Assembly (NCBI GenBank): GCA_030840285.1
Contig: JAVEES010000367.1
Coordinates: 1-45,725 of the forward strand
Direction: 5' to 3'
Length of the DNA: 45,725 nucleotides
Source: Pseudonocardiales bacterium
GTDB lineage: Bacteria > Actinomycetota > Actinomycetes > Mycobacteriales > Jatrophihabitantaceae
Shown: positions 45,722-45,725 of the stretch, piece after piece
Numbering within the stretch: the first letter of the stretch is position 1
How the letters are laid out: each line of letters begins with the position of its first letter
Notes under the pieces: model-generated
Told to the model about the DNA's origin: nothing
The model's input: only the letters and a program-made list of their open reading frames with translations
Databases searched by the model: none
Translations under genes and position numbers: made by a program

Positions 45722-45725
45722 CAAA

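Noticed and set aside
45648-45725. Integrative element at tRNA-fMet
   Set aside because: The window ends 4 nt after the tRNA; no integrase or att duplicate is visible, so this cannot be assessed.

Overview
A high-GC actinobacterial chromosome segment (Frankiales/Jatrophihabitans-like by gene content; taxonomy is inference). Most of it is the conserved core block syntenic with M. tuberculosis Rv3212 to Rv3193c: DEAD helicase, ferritin-like protein, DUF3107, FasR-like TetR, DUF3152, moeZ, ATL, adnAB, nudC, mycoredoxin, uvrD2, whiB7/wblC, ABC1 kinase, ThiF-like protein, zincin, PDZ-Lon and UPF0182, ending in tRNA-fMet. The left edge carries a possibly minimal type VII-like module: an FHA-FtsK (EssC-like) ATPase absent from the ORF track and a single divergent WXG100 gene, sharing a palindromic pair of perfect DnaA boxes. 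The most interesting signals are regulatory and read directly from the DNA: a perfect PafBC-type DNA-damage promoter on a YgjP/SprT-like metalloprotease gene next to a DnaA-box cluster, a complete whiB7 uORF attenuator, ClgR-like, FasR-like and SigH/SigR-like sites, a probable CUG-initiated hydrolase, a UvrD2 lacking its tetracysteine module, and short tandem echoes of gene 3' ends at several stop codons. I found no mobile element, CRISPR array or rRNA. Family assignments come from motif recognition and recalled synteny, not database searches.
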